The notes: generated by a model not told the origin, from the sequence alone. A stretch of 64,000 nucleotides of DNA from Azolla caroliniana (GCA_043228905.1 JBHGNT010000002.1:8990001-9054000), one strand, 5' to 3'; shown: positions 24,462-37,973, counted from the first letter of the stretch. Numbers and translations: made by a program.

Positions 24462-27130
24462 ACGTTTGCCGTGCCCTTCAGGAATCGGAGTATCCACTTG
24501 ACCGCGTTCCAGTGCTCTTTGCCGGGATTACTCATATACCGGCTCACCACTCCGACTGCATATCCTATGTCCGGTCTTGTACACACCATTGCGTACATCA
24601 AGCTTCCGACGGCAGAGGCATATGGTACTTTCATCATGTCCTCCTTCTCAGCCTTTGTCTTGGGGCTTTGCTTGCTGGACAACTTGCAGTTTGCCGGGAG
24701 GGTCGACCCGACTGGTCTTGCTTCCGACATGTTGAACCGGTGAAGCACCTTTGTCACATACTTCTCCTGTGACAGCCACAACTGCTTCTTCTTCCGGTCC
24801 CGGATGATGTGCATCCCTAGTATTTGCCTCGCCGGACCCAGGTCCTTCATTGAGAAAGTTTGGTGAAGCGCTTTCTTCAGCATCCGTATCTTGGCCTGGT
24901 CCCGTCCGACGATCAACATGTCGTCCACGTACAGGAGGAGTATTAGAAAGTCTCCTCCTTCGAACTTCTTCACAAACACGCAGTGATCGGACTGCGTTTT
25001 GTGGTACCCCTCGTCGGTCATGAAAGAGTCGAACTTCCGGTACCATTGCCGGGGAGCCTGCTTCAGTCCGTAAAGGCTCTTCTTCAACCGGCATACCAGG
25101 TGCTCCTTCCCTTTCTTCTCGAATCCTTCCGGTTGCTGCATGTAGATCTCTTCTTCGAGGTCACCGTGAAGGAATGCCGTCTTCACGTCCATCTGTTCTA
25201 CCTCGAGGTCCATGCTTGCCGCTATGCTCAGCACCGTCCAGATGGAGGTCATCTTCACTACCGGGGCAAATATCTCGTCGAAGTCGACGCCCTTCTTCTG
25301 CTGGAAACCCTTCACCACGATCCTGGCTTTGTATCTCGGGGGGTTTCCGACATCTCCCGGTTTCAGCTTGAACACCCACTTGTTTCGAAGTGCTCGCTTT
25401 CCTTTCGGCAACTCCACAAGTTCATATGTGTGGTTCTCATGCAGGGAATCCATCTCCTCCTGCATGGCACTTAACCACCTGCGGCTATGTGTGTCAAGCT
25501 TTGCTTCTTCAAAACTCTCCGGCTCCCCCTCGTCGGTTAGCAGCACGTGCTCTGGTTCCGGAAATCTCCGGGGGGCCCTTCTCTCTCTTAGAGGATATCT
25601 CCGCTCCGGAGCTTCGGTAACCGGCTCCTCCGTTTCCTCTTCATCCGAATCCATTTCGGGATCGGGGCCGGTTCCGGTATCAGTTTCATCTTCCTCGGCC
25701 GGTTCTGTTTCTTCACCGTCTTCGGCCGGATCCTCGAGTGCTAACCGGTCCCTTGCCGGTCGGGACTGCTCCTCGTAGAGTTGATCCTCACCGGTCGACT
25801 TGGAGCTCTTCATCTTCTTCTCCGACTCCCAGTCGGCGAGTGTCTTGTCCTCCATGAAGACGATATCTCGACTCCTAAATATCTTCTTGTCGACCGGGTC
25901 CCATACTCGGTAGCCGAACTCGTCGTCGCCGTAACCGAGGAATATGCATGGCCGGGTCTTTGGATCTAACTTTCCTCTCTGGTCCTTTGCCACATGCACG
26001 TATGCGAGACACCCGAACACCTTCAGATGCCGGTAGGACACTTCCTTACCGGTCCACACTTTCTGCGGCGTGTCTCCGTCCAAAGGTACTGAGGGTGATC
26101 TATTTATCACATACGTCGCCGTCGACATTGCCTCAGCCCAAAATCCCTTGGGTAATTTCGCATGTGCTAGCATACTCCGGACCCTCTCCATTATGGTCCG
26201 GTTCATCCTCTCGGCCAGCCCGTTCAGTTCCGGCGTCTTCGGCACAGTAAACTCGAGCCGGATTCCCTTCGAGCGATAGTACTCTGCGAATTGCCCCCGG
26301 TATTCCCCTCCGTTATCCGCTCGTATCGCTTTCAGCTTCTTGCCGGATTCTCTTTCCACTCTCGCGTGGAGTTCTTTGAAGACGGACAATACTTGGTCCT
26401 TTGTCTTCAACGGTGCCGTCCACAGCTTCCGGCTATGGTCATCTATGAATGTTACGAAGTACTGAGCTCCGCCATGTGACTTCGCTTCTACCTGACACAC
26501 ATCAGTGTGTACCAACTCCAATGGTGCGCTACGTCTCGTCGGTGGCCTTGAGTGGAAGGAGGTCCGGTTTTGCTTACCGGCCAGACAGTCGGTACACTTC
26601 CCCAGGTGTACGTGCTTTACCGGTATCAGGTTGTCTTCGGCAAGCCTCTTCATCCCCTTCTCGCTCATGTGGCACAGTCTCTTGTGCCACAACTCACCGG
26701 TAGTGTCAGCTGCCACGTTCAGCTCCTCCGGACATAGCCGGGAATTCATCAGGTACAGTGTGTTGACCTTCCGGGCCCGAGCCACTATCAGGCTCCCTTT
26801 GCTGAACTTCATGACGCCGTTCCGGATGCTACCCGTGTAGCCTTCAACGTCTAGCCTCCCGGCCGAAATCAGGTTCAATCGAACCTCCGGAACGTGTCGA
26901 ACATCCTTCAGCAGCATCTTGCATTCGGTTGATGTCATCAGCCACACGTCTCCTATGCCGGCAATCCGGCATGTACCTTCATTTCCCATCCGGACACAGC
27001 CGTGCTCACCGGCTGTGTAGGATGAGAAGTATTTCTTCTCCGGGGTCAGGTGGAACGACGCTCCGGAATCGACCACCCAGGTCATCTCTTCACCGGCAAG
27101 GTTCAGCTCCCTCTCTGCGGTAATGAGCAT
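24462..27130 (-). CDS. pol: Copia B1 pol (protease, GAG-pre-integrase, integrase, RT)
   Basis: WVVDSGASFH, LWHKRLCH, FIDDHSRK, DNGGEY, AERMNR, YKARIVVKG, LLYVDDML in one long ORF. Confidence 0.95.
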
Positions 27131-27984
27131 TATCTCTTCTTCACTTGCCGCGAGTGCCGTCGTTCCTTTCCGGTCCTGCCCTCGCCGATCCGGACCTCTC
27201 CGGTCCGCGGCTCCCCGGTATGCACCGTTTCGCTCCGGTGACTTCTTCGAATCGGTACCGTCGGTTCCGTTGTCTTTCCGGAAATGCCGACAGTTCTTCT
27301 GGAAGTGCCCCGGCTTCCCACAGTAGAAGCATGTCTTTGCGGACTTCGGTTCCGTTGTCTTCCCCGTTCCGATTCGGTAAGCAGCGCCTTCGAGTCGGAG
27401 GCCGGTTCTTTATCTCTCCGACGCGCTTCTTCATTTAGAATACTTGTCTTTACCGTTAGTAAAGACAAGTTCTCTTCCTTACAGGAGGTGCTGAGTGTAA
27501 CCACCAAGTTCTCCCAGCTCTCCGGAAGGGTACACATCAGCATGATGGCTTGCATTGCGTCATCCAACGGGAACTTGATCGCCGCAAGCTGGTTCACGAA
27601 TCCCATGAACGTGCTGACGTGTTCGACCATGCTCTCGCCGTCCCGGTACTTAAGATTCACTATCTTCCTCATCAGGGAGGTCCGGGTCAGAGCATTCTTC
27701 CTCTCATACAATCCGGACAGCTTCTGCCACATCTCATAGGCGTTCGTATCGTTCGCCACATGTTGCAGAACACTTACATCGACATATTGCCGGATCGTCG
27801 CTACGGCTTTCCGGTTCAGGAGCTTCCACTCCGACTCTATTACCCCCTTGGGTATCTCGGCATTGTCGATCGGTTCGTACAGGTCTCGGACGATGAGAAG
27901 GTCTTCCATCTTTATCTTCCAGTCGGCGTAGTTCTGTGAGTTCAACACCATCATGCCCGGAGGCCCACTACCGCCGCCTTCCAT
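27130..27984 (-). CDS. gag: Copia B1 gag (small deletion/frameshift before the zinc knuckle)
   Basis: LNSQNYADWKIKMEDLL, LPESWE; CCHC (YCGKPGHFQKNC) in another frame. Confidence 0.88.
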   Translation of the reverse strand: MEGGGSGPPGMMVLNSQNYADWKIKMEDLLIVRDLYEPIDNAEIPKGVIESEWKLLNRKAVATIRQYVDVSVLQHVANDTNAYEMWQKLSGLYERKNALTRTSLMRKIVNLKYRDGESMVEHVSTFMGFVNQLAAIKFPLDDAMQAIMLMCTLPESWENLVVTLSTSCKEENLSLLTVKTSILNEEARRRDKEPASDSKALLTESERGRQRNRSPQRHASTVGSRGTSRRTVGISGKTTEPTVPIRRSHRSETVHTGEPRTGEVRIGEGRTGKERRHSRQVKKR

Positions 27985-28015
27985 TTTCTGTGTTACCGTC
28001 GCTCTGATACCACTT

Positions 28016-28718
28016 TGTTGAACCCAGTGCTCAGCCACAACCGAGGAATAGGATCAACTCCAGAAAATAGGAAATACAAAATATACGAAGGAAAATAGGA
28101 AATACAAAATATACGAAGACAACAGAGAGAAAGGTACATTGGATGTTTTACGTGGAAAACCCTAAATGGGAAAAACCACGGGAGTCCTCAAACTCCAACT
28201 ATCACTATAAACAGAGATGTACACTGGTGAAGCTACAAGGCAACAACCTTGAGCTCACTGTCTTCGCCACAGGCGGCGGTAATACACAGAGGCAACGACC
28301 TCTTCGTCTCTCTCTCTCTCTCTCTCTCTCTCACTCGGCTGCTCTCACTTCGCTCCCTCTAATTGGAAAAACAGAAAAATGAGCAACAACAACTAAACTG
28401 TTTGGCCTAAGTCATATTTATACACATATGAATTTCGGGCTATTTACAAATATAGCCTCAAGGGCCCTTGGCAAACATATTCACAAATATGTCCCCGCAT
28501 CCGGATCTCTCTCCGGGTACATTCGTCATCCGGCTCCGTAGCCGGGGTCTTCAGCATCCGGCTCCGTAGCCGGGGTCTTCATCATTCGGCTCCGTAGCCG
28601 GGGTACTCTTCATCCGGCTTCATGCCGGGTACTCTTCATCATCCGGTTCCGTAACCGCAACCGGGCTTGCCGTCATTCATCTCCGGACATCCCATCCGGA
28701 GGGACCGAAATCCTAACA
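28016..28718 (-). repeat. 5' LTR of Copia B1
   Basis: Adjacent to the PBS; has a 28-bp tandem duplication at ~28063-28118. Confidence 0.95.
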
Positions 28719-29192
28719 CTATCCATCTGAAATATTGTGCATTGTCAGGATTGGGTTCTTGCATTGAAATCTCCTACAAGGAAGACTTCCCCTTGAGAAG
28801 AATATCAGATTATGTCATCTGATAAAGGTTCGTATGGAGAAGGTCCATGTGCCATTCCTTCATCAACTATACTCGCCTCTCTAGCCATATTATATCGGGA
28901 TCCTTTCGGGGGGGAGTAACAAACAACGATAAATATCGCCTGATCCTTGCTAGTGAGGACTTTCACCCACATAAAACGGGCTTCTAGGTTTGTCTTTAGT
29001 ATTTCTATCCTATTATGTATCTCTCTCTGAAATAGTATCGCAACCCCTCCAGACCCTCTAGTAGTGTGTCGACGTGAGATTTTTCTAAAGACAGATTCCC
29101 AACGAAAACTGTCAACTCGTGGCAGTCCTCGATTTGGACTCTGATGTGTTTATACTAAAAAATGTATGTCAGATACCTTCAAAATCTCATCT
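28719..29192 (-). pseudogene. LINE APE endonuclease N-terminal part
   Basis: Minus-strand SGGVAIL, CYSPPKGS and GDFNART motifs. Confidence 0.8.
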
Positions 29193-29211
29193 AGATGGCC
29201 TTAGAGAGAGA

Positions 29212-29253
<42 letters not shown>

Positions 29254-30935
29254 GGCAATAGAAGATATATATTATAAGGAGAAAGATACAAGAACAACTA
29301 GGAGGCTTAAGACTGGCGTTGAACCAAATTGGTTCTCAATAATGCCATGTGCCTCTTTTTATAGTGTGCTTAGGAGTACTCTTGACATTTCTAGAATGAT
29401 CTAGAGAAATCTAGAAGATACATGGATTTCCTAAGTGAAATAATAATGCAAACAATATTTATTGTATTACAATGTATAACTTAATGGTAGGGAATTAACT
29501 CATGTCACACAAGGTCATGGGTTCAAATCATTTTGAAGCCATACTATGTTATATCATGACACTACCCCCCCCCCCCCCCCTTAAGATGATGAGTGGAATG
29601 AGTTGTCTTGGATTGAGAACCTGGTTTGTCAAGATATTGTTGATGGAAGTCCTGAATAAGAGCTCGAGCATTTCCTACATTCTCGACTGGTTCCCAAGTA
29701 CGCTCGCTTGGAATATAGACTAGCCAATCAACCAAATAGTAGAGCTTGTTGCGAACAATCTAGGAATCGAGGATGGCAACGACTTCGTACTCCGGTCCTG
29801 CTTCAAGCTCGATCGGGGGTGGAGGTGGTGTAATACGATCTGGAATAGTGTTTTCTTGACAGGGTTCGAGGAGAGAACTATGGAAAACTGATAATTGCGG
29901 AGGTAGATAAAGACGAAAAGTGACCTCATTAATTTTTCCGATAATACGGAAAGGACCTAATCATCGATAATCCAATTTATCGGATGGTCGAGTAGTCTTG
30001 ATGTGTCGTCATAATAGCCATACTCGATCTCCAATGTTAAAACAGGATGGATGTTGATGATGATCCGCATAATCCTTCTGTGTTTGTTGAGCTTGATGTA
30101 AATGGGTAGATAAGTCTATCGTATCTTGCGTAGCCACTTCAAATGATCCTCTGCATTCAAATACACACCACTGAGGATGATAACCTATATAAACATAAAA
30201 TGGTGTAACCCTAGTCGATGAGTGGATAGAGTTATTATAAGCAAATTCGCCAAAGTGGAGAATATCCGCCCAATCATCCTGTTGATAGCTTAGAAAACAC
30301 TGAGGATATTGTTCCAGCGTTTGATTTGTTCATTCTGCTTTTTCGTCTGTTTGAGGGTGATAGCCGAAGGAGAGGTTACAAATGATCTTCAGCATTTTGA
30401 AGAGATGCTTCCAAAATTTCGAGACGAATTGAGGTCCACGGTCGCTGATGATACTATCTCGGAGGCCATGATGCTGAAATACCTCATGCATGACAATTTA
30501 GGCGGTTTCTTCACTTGTGATTTCCTTAGTACAAGGCAGGAAATGTGCCATCTTAGTATATCAATGTACTACTATTAAGATCACATCGAATCCCTTTGAA
30601 ATTGGAAGATCTGTGATAAAATCTAGAGAAATGGATTGACACGACTTGCTTGGAATTGGTAATGGTTCCAATAAACCATATGCATGGTGTCTTGGCATCT
30701 TGGCTCTACAACATGTATCACATGTTCGAACATAGTCTTTGATAAATCGTCGCATATGAGGCCACTAGAATGATCATTGTACTAACTCCAACATTTTAGT
30801 ACTACCAAAATGTCCAGATGTATATGTGTCATGACAATTTTTGACTACTCGAAGGCGACAAGAACCATTGGGAACATACAAGAGTTTCTTAAAAAATAGT
30901 AATCCATCATGACCTTCGAATTGTCAATGCCCGAC
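29193..30935 (-). mobile_element. Old Tcn1-like chromovirus: 3' LTR remainder (29193-29561), PPT, chromodomain and integrase remnants
   Basis: Colinear with 37640-39360; SISLDFITDLP; poly-C PPT; LTR ends CATGACA. Confidence 0.88.
29477..29530 (+). promoter_or_regulatory. tRNA-like A/B-box cassette in the old Tcn1-like LTR
   Basis: TAACTTAATGG + 32 nt (…AAGGTCATG) + GGTTCAAATCA, then TTTT. Confidence 0.65.
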
Positions 30936-32244
30936 AGGGATCAATTTGCGAATGTTTGCAAACGTACGCGTATGATACGCGATATTCGTTTGGTTTATTT
31001 TTTTGGGTGTTTTTTTGGGGGTTTTTTTTCTGACATGTCGTTGCGTTGTGACTCGTGAGGAGTGACGAGTCTGAGTCTCTGAGAGTCTAAGAGTCAAGAG
31101 CTCTGAGTGATCGTGAATCTGATCTGAGAATCGAGTGCGTTGAGAATCGAGAGCTATAAGTGTTCGTGAGTTGTAACTGAGAGTCAACTGTAGAGAATCG
31201 AGAGCTCTGAGTGAAAATCAGATTTCTATGAGGAGAAAATCGTGAAAATCAGATTTTTGTGAAGGACGAAACGAACAGGGAGCTGATTTCTAATTTCTCA
31301 TTTCTGATTCCCGAATCCCAATTCCTGATTCCCGCTCACCCGCGGGCCGCCTACAACCTGTCGCCTTACCGATTTGTCTCGTTCGATTCTTCTTGGAAGC
31401 ATAAAGGTAAATTGTTATCCTGAATTCATGTATTTCTAATGTCTATACAATTGTTAAATCATGTGTTTCCAATGTCCATTGATCAATGAGCATGAGATCA
31501 AACCCTAAAACCAATTTTTGGGAAAAAACCCTCAAAATCTTAACAAAAACCCAAGAACTCATAAAACACTAAATGGGATTATGGAATTATGGATGTTTGT
31601 ATGTGCAAATCAGCTTTAATTTGAGGTTGTACATACTACAAATGCATGTTTTTCTCAAATAATGGATGCAAGGAATAAGAAAACTAGACGTGCCGCCCTT
31701 CCCCGCCCCTTCACTACCCATTTTTTTGGTTTTTTTAATCGAATAATTGAAAGAGGAAGAGAAACAACAAATTGCATGATGCATCTTTGTCTTAGGTTTG
31801 TGATTTGTCTTGCATGGGATTGAGAAGGTCTTAATGTGCTGAAAAGTGATACCTCTTGTCCATATAGGATTCGTAATAATGTAGAGAATTTAACTAGTTG
31901 TTCATGTTTTCATCTAATTGAAATTTGGCCTTTGGAGAGAGATAATCACCATTGAACTTTTTGGCTTTCAGCCATAGAAATTCTTGATATTGAAATTTGA
32001 AACATAAGATAGAAAGTAACATAGAAAGTGACATAGAAATGAATTACATTGAGGCAATGTTGCCCGAAATCGAATAGAACTTAATAAAATTTGAGAAGGA
32101 AAAGCACTTCAAAAGGATTGTAGTTTTATTAAATCAATGTAATTGTAGTTTTCTAATGTTTTTTTATATATTCATACCAACGTGATTGTAGATTTGTTAA
32201 CTCACTTCCTAAATTGTTGATTTATAAATCAATGTGATTGTAGT

Positions 32245-33385
32245 ATGGGCAAACAAAAGAGCTTTTTATGGGACCACATTACTGTCGTGAAGAGAAACGA
32301 TAAAGGAATGCATATAAATGAATGCAAACATTGCAAGCACGTGTTTGCTGGTGGTCCACACCAAATTAAAGCCCATCTTTTGGGGCTAAAAGGACAAGGT
32401 GTGGATAAATGCCGCAAAGGCACTGGAGCAATAAAAGACGAGATACAAAAATTGATATCGGATGTGGATGCTCATGAAAATACTAATGCTAATGAAAATT
32501 CTATTGCAGAAAGTGAGAATAATGTCGTTGTAAGTACATCTAATGCCAATGTTGTGCCATCTACTTGTGCATCTGTAGTTGACATGTCATCTTCATCATG
32601 TAAGAAGAGGACAATTGAGAATACTAGTGGATCCTACAAATCTCTTGGCAAAAAAGTTTGAATAAAAATGTTGATAAATCAGTGAGCAGATTCTTTTTTG
32701 TAGAGGATATTCCACATCTTAAGGTTGATAGTTCCTTTTGTCATGATATGGTTGAAGCAATTGCAAAGGCTGGTCCGTCATATAAGCCACCAAGTTCTTT
32801 ACAATTGGGAAAGAGGCACTTAGATGAAGAAGTAAAAATTGTTGAAGATAAACTTTCATGCATCAAAGAGAAATGGAAAATATATGGATGCACTATAGTC
32901 AGTGATGGTTGTTCAGATACTAGAAATAGGCCAATAATTGATGTTCTAGCTTCATCAATGTTTGGTTCAGTGTTTTTGAGGTCCGTGGATACAAGTGGAG
33001 AATGTAAAACATGGGAGTATATCTTTAATATTCTAAAATCTAGCATTCTTGAAATTGGCCCAACAAATGTTGTGCAAGTATGCATGGATAATGCATCAAA
33101 TTGTGTGGTAGCGGGACATATGATAGAGAAAGAGTGGCCCATGATATTTTTTACTCGATGCACATGTCATTGCCTTGATTTGTTGTTTGAGGATATAGGA
33201 AAATGTGCTTGGGTTAATGATGCTTTGAGATTAGGTATGAAGGTTACTACGTTCATCACAAGAAAGCTATATGTGCTTGCAATGTTTCGCAAGTTTAGTA
33301 AAAAGGAATTGTTGAAGCCTTCTACTACAAGGTTTGCTTATAGTTTCATTGTGCTATCAAATTTGTTGGATGATAGAGTGTATAG
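32245..33385 (+). pseudogene. hAT transposase N-terminal part (BED zinc finger and DUF659-type region)
   Basis: WDH..CKHC..HLLG..C; GCTIVSDG, VVQVCMDNASN, CTCHCLDLLFEDIG, STTRFA. Confidence 0.9.
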
Positions 33386-34102
33386 TGACAGGAATACACG
33401 CTCCCGATGAACAGCACTCGGCCACAACCGAGCCTAGAATCAAACACAGTAAACGGGTAATGAACGCATGACACAGTGAAGAGAAGAGTACACAGGATGT
33501 TAACGTGGAAAACCCAAACTAGGGAAAAACCACGCAGGCCACAGACTGCAAACTATCACTATATCAGAATGTACAATAGAGAAGCACCGAGGCAACGACC
33601 TCGAGCTTGCTATCTTCGCCACACGCGGCGGTTACAACAGAGGCAACGACCTCGAGCTTGCTATCTTCGCCACAACCTTTTCCTCTCTCTCTCTCTCTGT
33701 ACACAGTTACGCGCTCTAATCTTGCAGCAACAAGAATAACAACATATACACTAAGTTTTCCCTAAGTCATATTTATACTAAAAGGACTTTTCGGCTATTT
33801 ACAAATATAGCCCCAATGGACTCTCAGAAACATATTTACGAATATGTCCCTTCATCCGGTGAACACTCCTCACCGGCCCTGCATCATCCGGCACTTGCCG
33901 GGCACTCATCATCCGATTCTCAACGGGTCTTCCGTTTCCGGGTACTCCTGATCCGGTTCTCACAGGGTCTTCCGTTGTCGGGTACTCCTCATCCGGTTCT
34001 CACCGGGTCTTCCGTTGTCGGGTACTCCATATCAGTTTGCTCATCAAGACTGTTCTCCTCACTTCCCATCCGGGGGGACCTATTTCCTAACAAACTCCCC
34101 CT

Positions 34103-37100
34103 TCACTCTGGCATGGGATGTCTTGCTAGTCCGACCCGCTTCCGACATGCATCCAGCTTGTCAGGTGTCAGTACTTTGGTCAGCATATCTGACCTGTTCT
34201 CGGCCGTGTGGATCTTCGTCAGCGCGAGCTCCTGGTCATCTACTCTTTCCCGGATCCAGTGATACCTACGCTGGATATGTTTCGTCCGAGAATGGTAGGA
34301 CACATTCTTAGCAAGGTGGATGGCACTTTGACTGTTGCAATAGAGCCGGTATTCATCTTGCCGGATACCAAGCTCTCCGATGAAGTCCTTCATCCATAAT
34401 ATTTCCTTGCCGGCTTCCACAACCGCGATGTACTCCGCCTCCGTAGTTGACAACGCAACCGTCTTCTGCAGCCTCGACTGGCACGAAACAGCTCCCCCTG
34501 CATATGTCATTACATACCCGGATGTAGAGAGGCTGGTATCCACATCAGCCGACATGTCCGAATCGGTAAAACCGTCAAGTTGAGGTTTTTTGGAGCCGAA
34601 TCGGAGACACATATTTGAAGTGCCCTTCAAGTACCGGAGTATCCATTTCACCGCGTTCCAGTGCTCCTTGCCCGGATTGCTCATAAACCGGCTCCCCAGT
34701 CCGACTACGTATCCTATATCCGGTCGGGTACACACCATTGCGTACATTAAGCTCTTGACGGGAGAGGCATATGGAACCTTCATCATATCAGCCTTCATTG
34801 CTTTCGTCTTCGGGCTTTGCTTACCGGATAATCTGCAGTTTGCTGGGAGTGTCGATCCGACCGGTTTCGCTTCCAGCATGTTGAACCGCTGAAGCACCTT
34901 TGTCACGTACTTCTCCTGTGACAGCCATAATTGCTTCATTGACCGGTTCCGGATGATATGCATCCCCAACATCTGTCTTGCGGGACCCAAGTCTTTCATC
35001 GTGAAAGTTCGGTTGAGAGCCTTCTTCAACATCCGTATTTTGGCTTGGTCTCGTCCGACGATCAACATGTCGTCCACGTACAGAAGGAGTATCAGGAAGT
35101 CGCCTCCTTTGAACTTCTTCACCAACACACAGTGATCGGCCTGCGTCTTGTGGTACCCTTGATCAGTCATGAAGGAGTCGAACTTCCGGTACCATTGTCG
35201 GGGAGCCTGCTTCAATCCGTACAACCTCTTCTTCAACCGGCAAACCTGTTGCTCCTTCCCTTTCTCCACGAATCCTTCCGGTTGCTGCATGTAGATCTCC
35301 TCTTCGAGGTCACCGTGAAGGAATGCCGTCTTCACGTCTAGCTGCTCTACCTTGAGGTCCATGCTTGCCGCTATACTCAACACTATTCGGATGGAGGCCA
35401 TCTTTACTACCGGGGCAAATATCTCGTCGAAGTCCGCGCCTTTCTTCTGCTGGAACCCCTTCACCACGATCCTGGCTTTGTATCTCGGGGGGTTGCCGGC
35501 ATCTCCCGGTTTCAACTTGTACACCCACTTGTTTCGGAGGGCCTGCTTTCCTTTCAGCAACTCCACCAATTCGTACGTATGGTTCTCATGCAGGGAATCC
35601 ATCTCATCCTGCATGGCACTTAACCCTTTTCGGATGTGGGTGTCATCCTTCACTTCTTCAAAGCTTTCTGGCTCCCCCTCATCGGTTAGCAGCATATGCT
35701 CTACATCCCGAAATCTCCGGGGGGCCCTTCTCTCTCTAAGAGGATATCTCCGTCTTCGGGCTTCGGTAACCGGCTCCTCCATTTGCTCTTCATGCAAATC
35801 CGATTCGGGGTCTTGGCCGGTTTCGGTTTCAGCTTCCTCTACTTCTTCTTCTGCCGGTTCAGTATCCTCATCGTAACTGGCTGGTTCCTCGAGTGCTAAC
35901 CGGTCTCTTGTCGGTTGGGTCAGCTCATCGTAGAATCGATCCTTACCGGTCGACTCAGAGTTCATTATCTTCTTCTGCCACTCCCAGTCGGTGAGCGTCT
36001 TGTCCTCCATGAAGATAATATCTCGACTCCGGAATACCTTCTTGTCGACCAGGTCCCACACTCGGTAGCCGAACTCATCGTTGCCGTAACGGAGGAATAT
36101 GCATGGCCGGGTCTTCGGATCTAGTTTTCCAAAGTGTTTATGCCTCTCAACCACTTGTACTTACATGCACATACTCAAGACACCCAAATACCTTCAGATG
36201 CCGGTAGGACACTTCCTTACTGGTCCAGACTCTCTGTGGCGTGTCTCCATCCAAGGGTACTGAGGGTGATCTGTTTATCACATATGTCGCTGTCGATAGT
36301 GCCTCAACCCAAAACTTCTTAGGTAGTTTTGCATGCGCCAACATACTCCGGACCCTCTCCATTATGGTCCGGTTCATCCTCTCGGCCAACCCGTTTATTT
36401 CCGGCGTCTTCGACATGGTAAATTTGAGCCGGATTCCCTTCGAGCGACAGTACTCCTCGAACTGCCCCCGGTATTCACCTCCGTTGTCTGCTCGAACCGC
36501 CTTCAACTTCCGGCCGGTTTCTCTTTGCACTCTCGCGTGGAGCTCTTTGAAGACGGATAACACCTAATCCTTCGTCTTCAACGGTGTGGCCCATAGCTTC
36601 CGGCTGTGATCATCTATGAACGTCACGAAATACTGCGATCCGGCATGTGACTTCGTGTCCACTTGACATACATTAGTATGCACCAACTCTAGTGGTGCAT
36701 TACGTCTCATCGGTGGCCTCGATCGGAAGGAGGTCTAGTTTTGTTTACCAGCCAAACAATTAGTGCACTTCTCCAAGTGCACGTTCTTCACTATAATGAG
36801 ATTGTCGTCTGCAAGCCTCTTCATCCCCTTCTCGCTCATGTGACACAACCTCTTGTACCACAGCTCACCGGCAGTGTCGGATGCTACGTTCACGTCTTCC
36901 GAGCATAACCGGGCATTCATCAGGTACAATGTGTTTACCTTCCGGGCCCGAGCCACAATCAGGCTCCCTTTGCTGAACTTCATAACACCGTTCCGGATGC
37001 TACCTGTGTAGACTTCATCATCTAGCCGACCGGCTGATACCAGGTTCAGACGAACCTTCGGAACGTGTCAGACATCCTTCAGTAGCAACTTGCATCTGGT

Positions 37101-37369
37101 TGGTCTTGTCAACCACACGTCTCCTATGCCGACAATTCGGCATGTACCTTCATTCCCCATCCGGACACAATCGTGATCACCGGCTGAGTAGGATGAGAAG
37201 CATGTCCGGTCCGGGGTAAGTTGGAACGACGCTCCGGAGTCGACCACCCAGGTCATCTCATCGCCGGCAAGGTTTAGCTCACTCTCCTCAGTGATGAGCA
37301 TAAACTCTTCTTCACTTGTCGTGATTGCCGTCGTTCCCTTCCGGTCCGGCCCCCTCCGGTCTTTACCGT
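34103..37369 (-). pseudogene. pol: Copia B2 pol (PR-IN-RT-RH) with stops and a frameshift
   Basis: Closely similar to B1 pol; 683-aa RT-RH ORF at 34103-36154. Confidence 0.92.
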
Positions 37370-37892
37370 TGTCGTTCCTTTCGGCTCCGGATCGTTGCGT
37401 GAGTCGGGTGGGAACCACTGAGGTTTTGGACTAGGAGAAAGAAGAATATGAGATGAGGCTAGTAATGAATAGATTATTAGAAAGAGAGATAGAAATTTCG
37501 TGAATCCCACGAGTGTATTGTGTCAGGAATAGTACTAAAACAGAGATGGAATTAGTACTAAGAAGAGTAGTACTATTAGTACTATTAGTACTAAGAGGAC
37601 GGGACTGCGTAAGATTCCCGAGAGAGAGGAAGTGAGAAGAGGAGAGAGAGAGAGAGAGAAATAGGATAATGACAGCAGCTCTTATATTATATGAAAGATA
37701 AGTACAAATCGACTAAGAGGCTTAAGACTGGTGTTGAACCAATTTGGTTCAACATAATGCTTAGTGCCTTCTTTTATAGTGTTCTCAGGAATAATCCTGA
37801 AGCTTCTAGAATGTTCCAGAGAAATCTGGAATATACATTACTTTCTTATAATAAAACATAAATGAAAATAATATTCTATGAATTACAATAGA

Positions 37893-37947
37893 TGGTGAGA
37901 TGGTTAAGAGCTCGACCCATATACCATAAGGTCATGGGTTCGAGTCT
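37893..37947 (+). promoter_or_regulatory. tRNA-like A/B-box cassette at the U3 end (copy at 43142-43196)
   Basis: TGGTGAGATGG-TTAAG...AAGGTCATG-GGTTCGAGTCT, 33-nt spacer, flanked by complementary AGATGG/CCATCT. Confidence 0.7.
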
Positions 37948-37973
37948 TGCCATCTCATGACACTATCTCCCCC

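Larger units (their letters stand above)
15811..28718 (-). mobile_element. Full-length Ty1/Copia (family B, copy B1), interrupted by the Gypsy at 17036-24461
   Basis: 703-bp LTRs 15811-16513 and 28016-28718; TSD CTATC; PBS TGGTATCAGAGC (tRNA-iMet) 28001-28012; PPT just after 16513. Confidence 0.97.

Noticed and set aside
31040-31260. GAGTC/GAGAATC-rich repeats
   Set aside because: Consistent with hAT subterminal low-complexity sequence; no further structure seen.
32245-33410. Domesticated BED/hAT host gene
   Set aside because: Frameshifted, split by a Copia and a filler, with candidate transposon ends; a dead transposase.
36131-36162. ~32-bp foreign patch replacing ~16 bp in Copia B2 integrase
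   Set aside because: Small repair filler causing a frameshift; no source or function identifiable.
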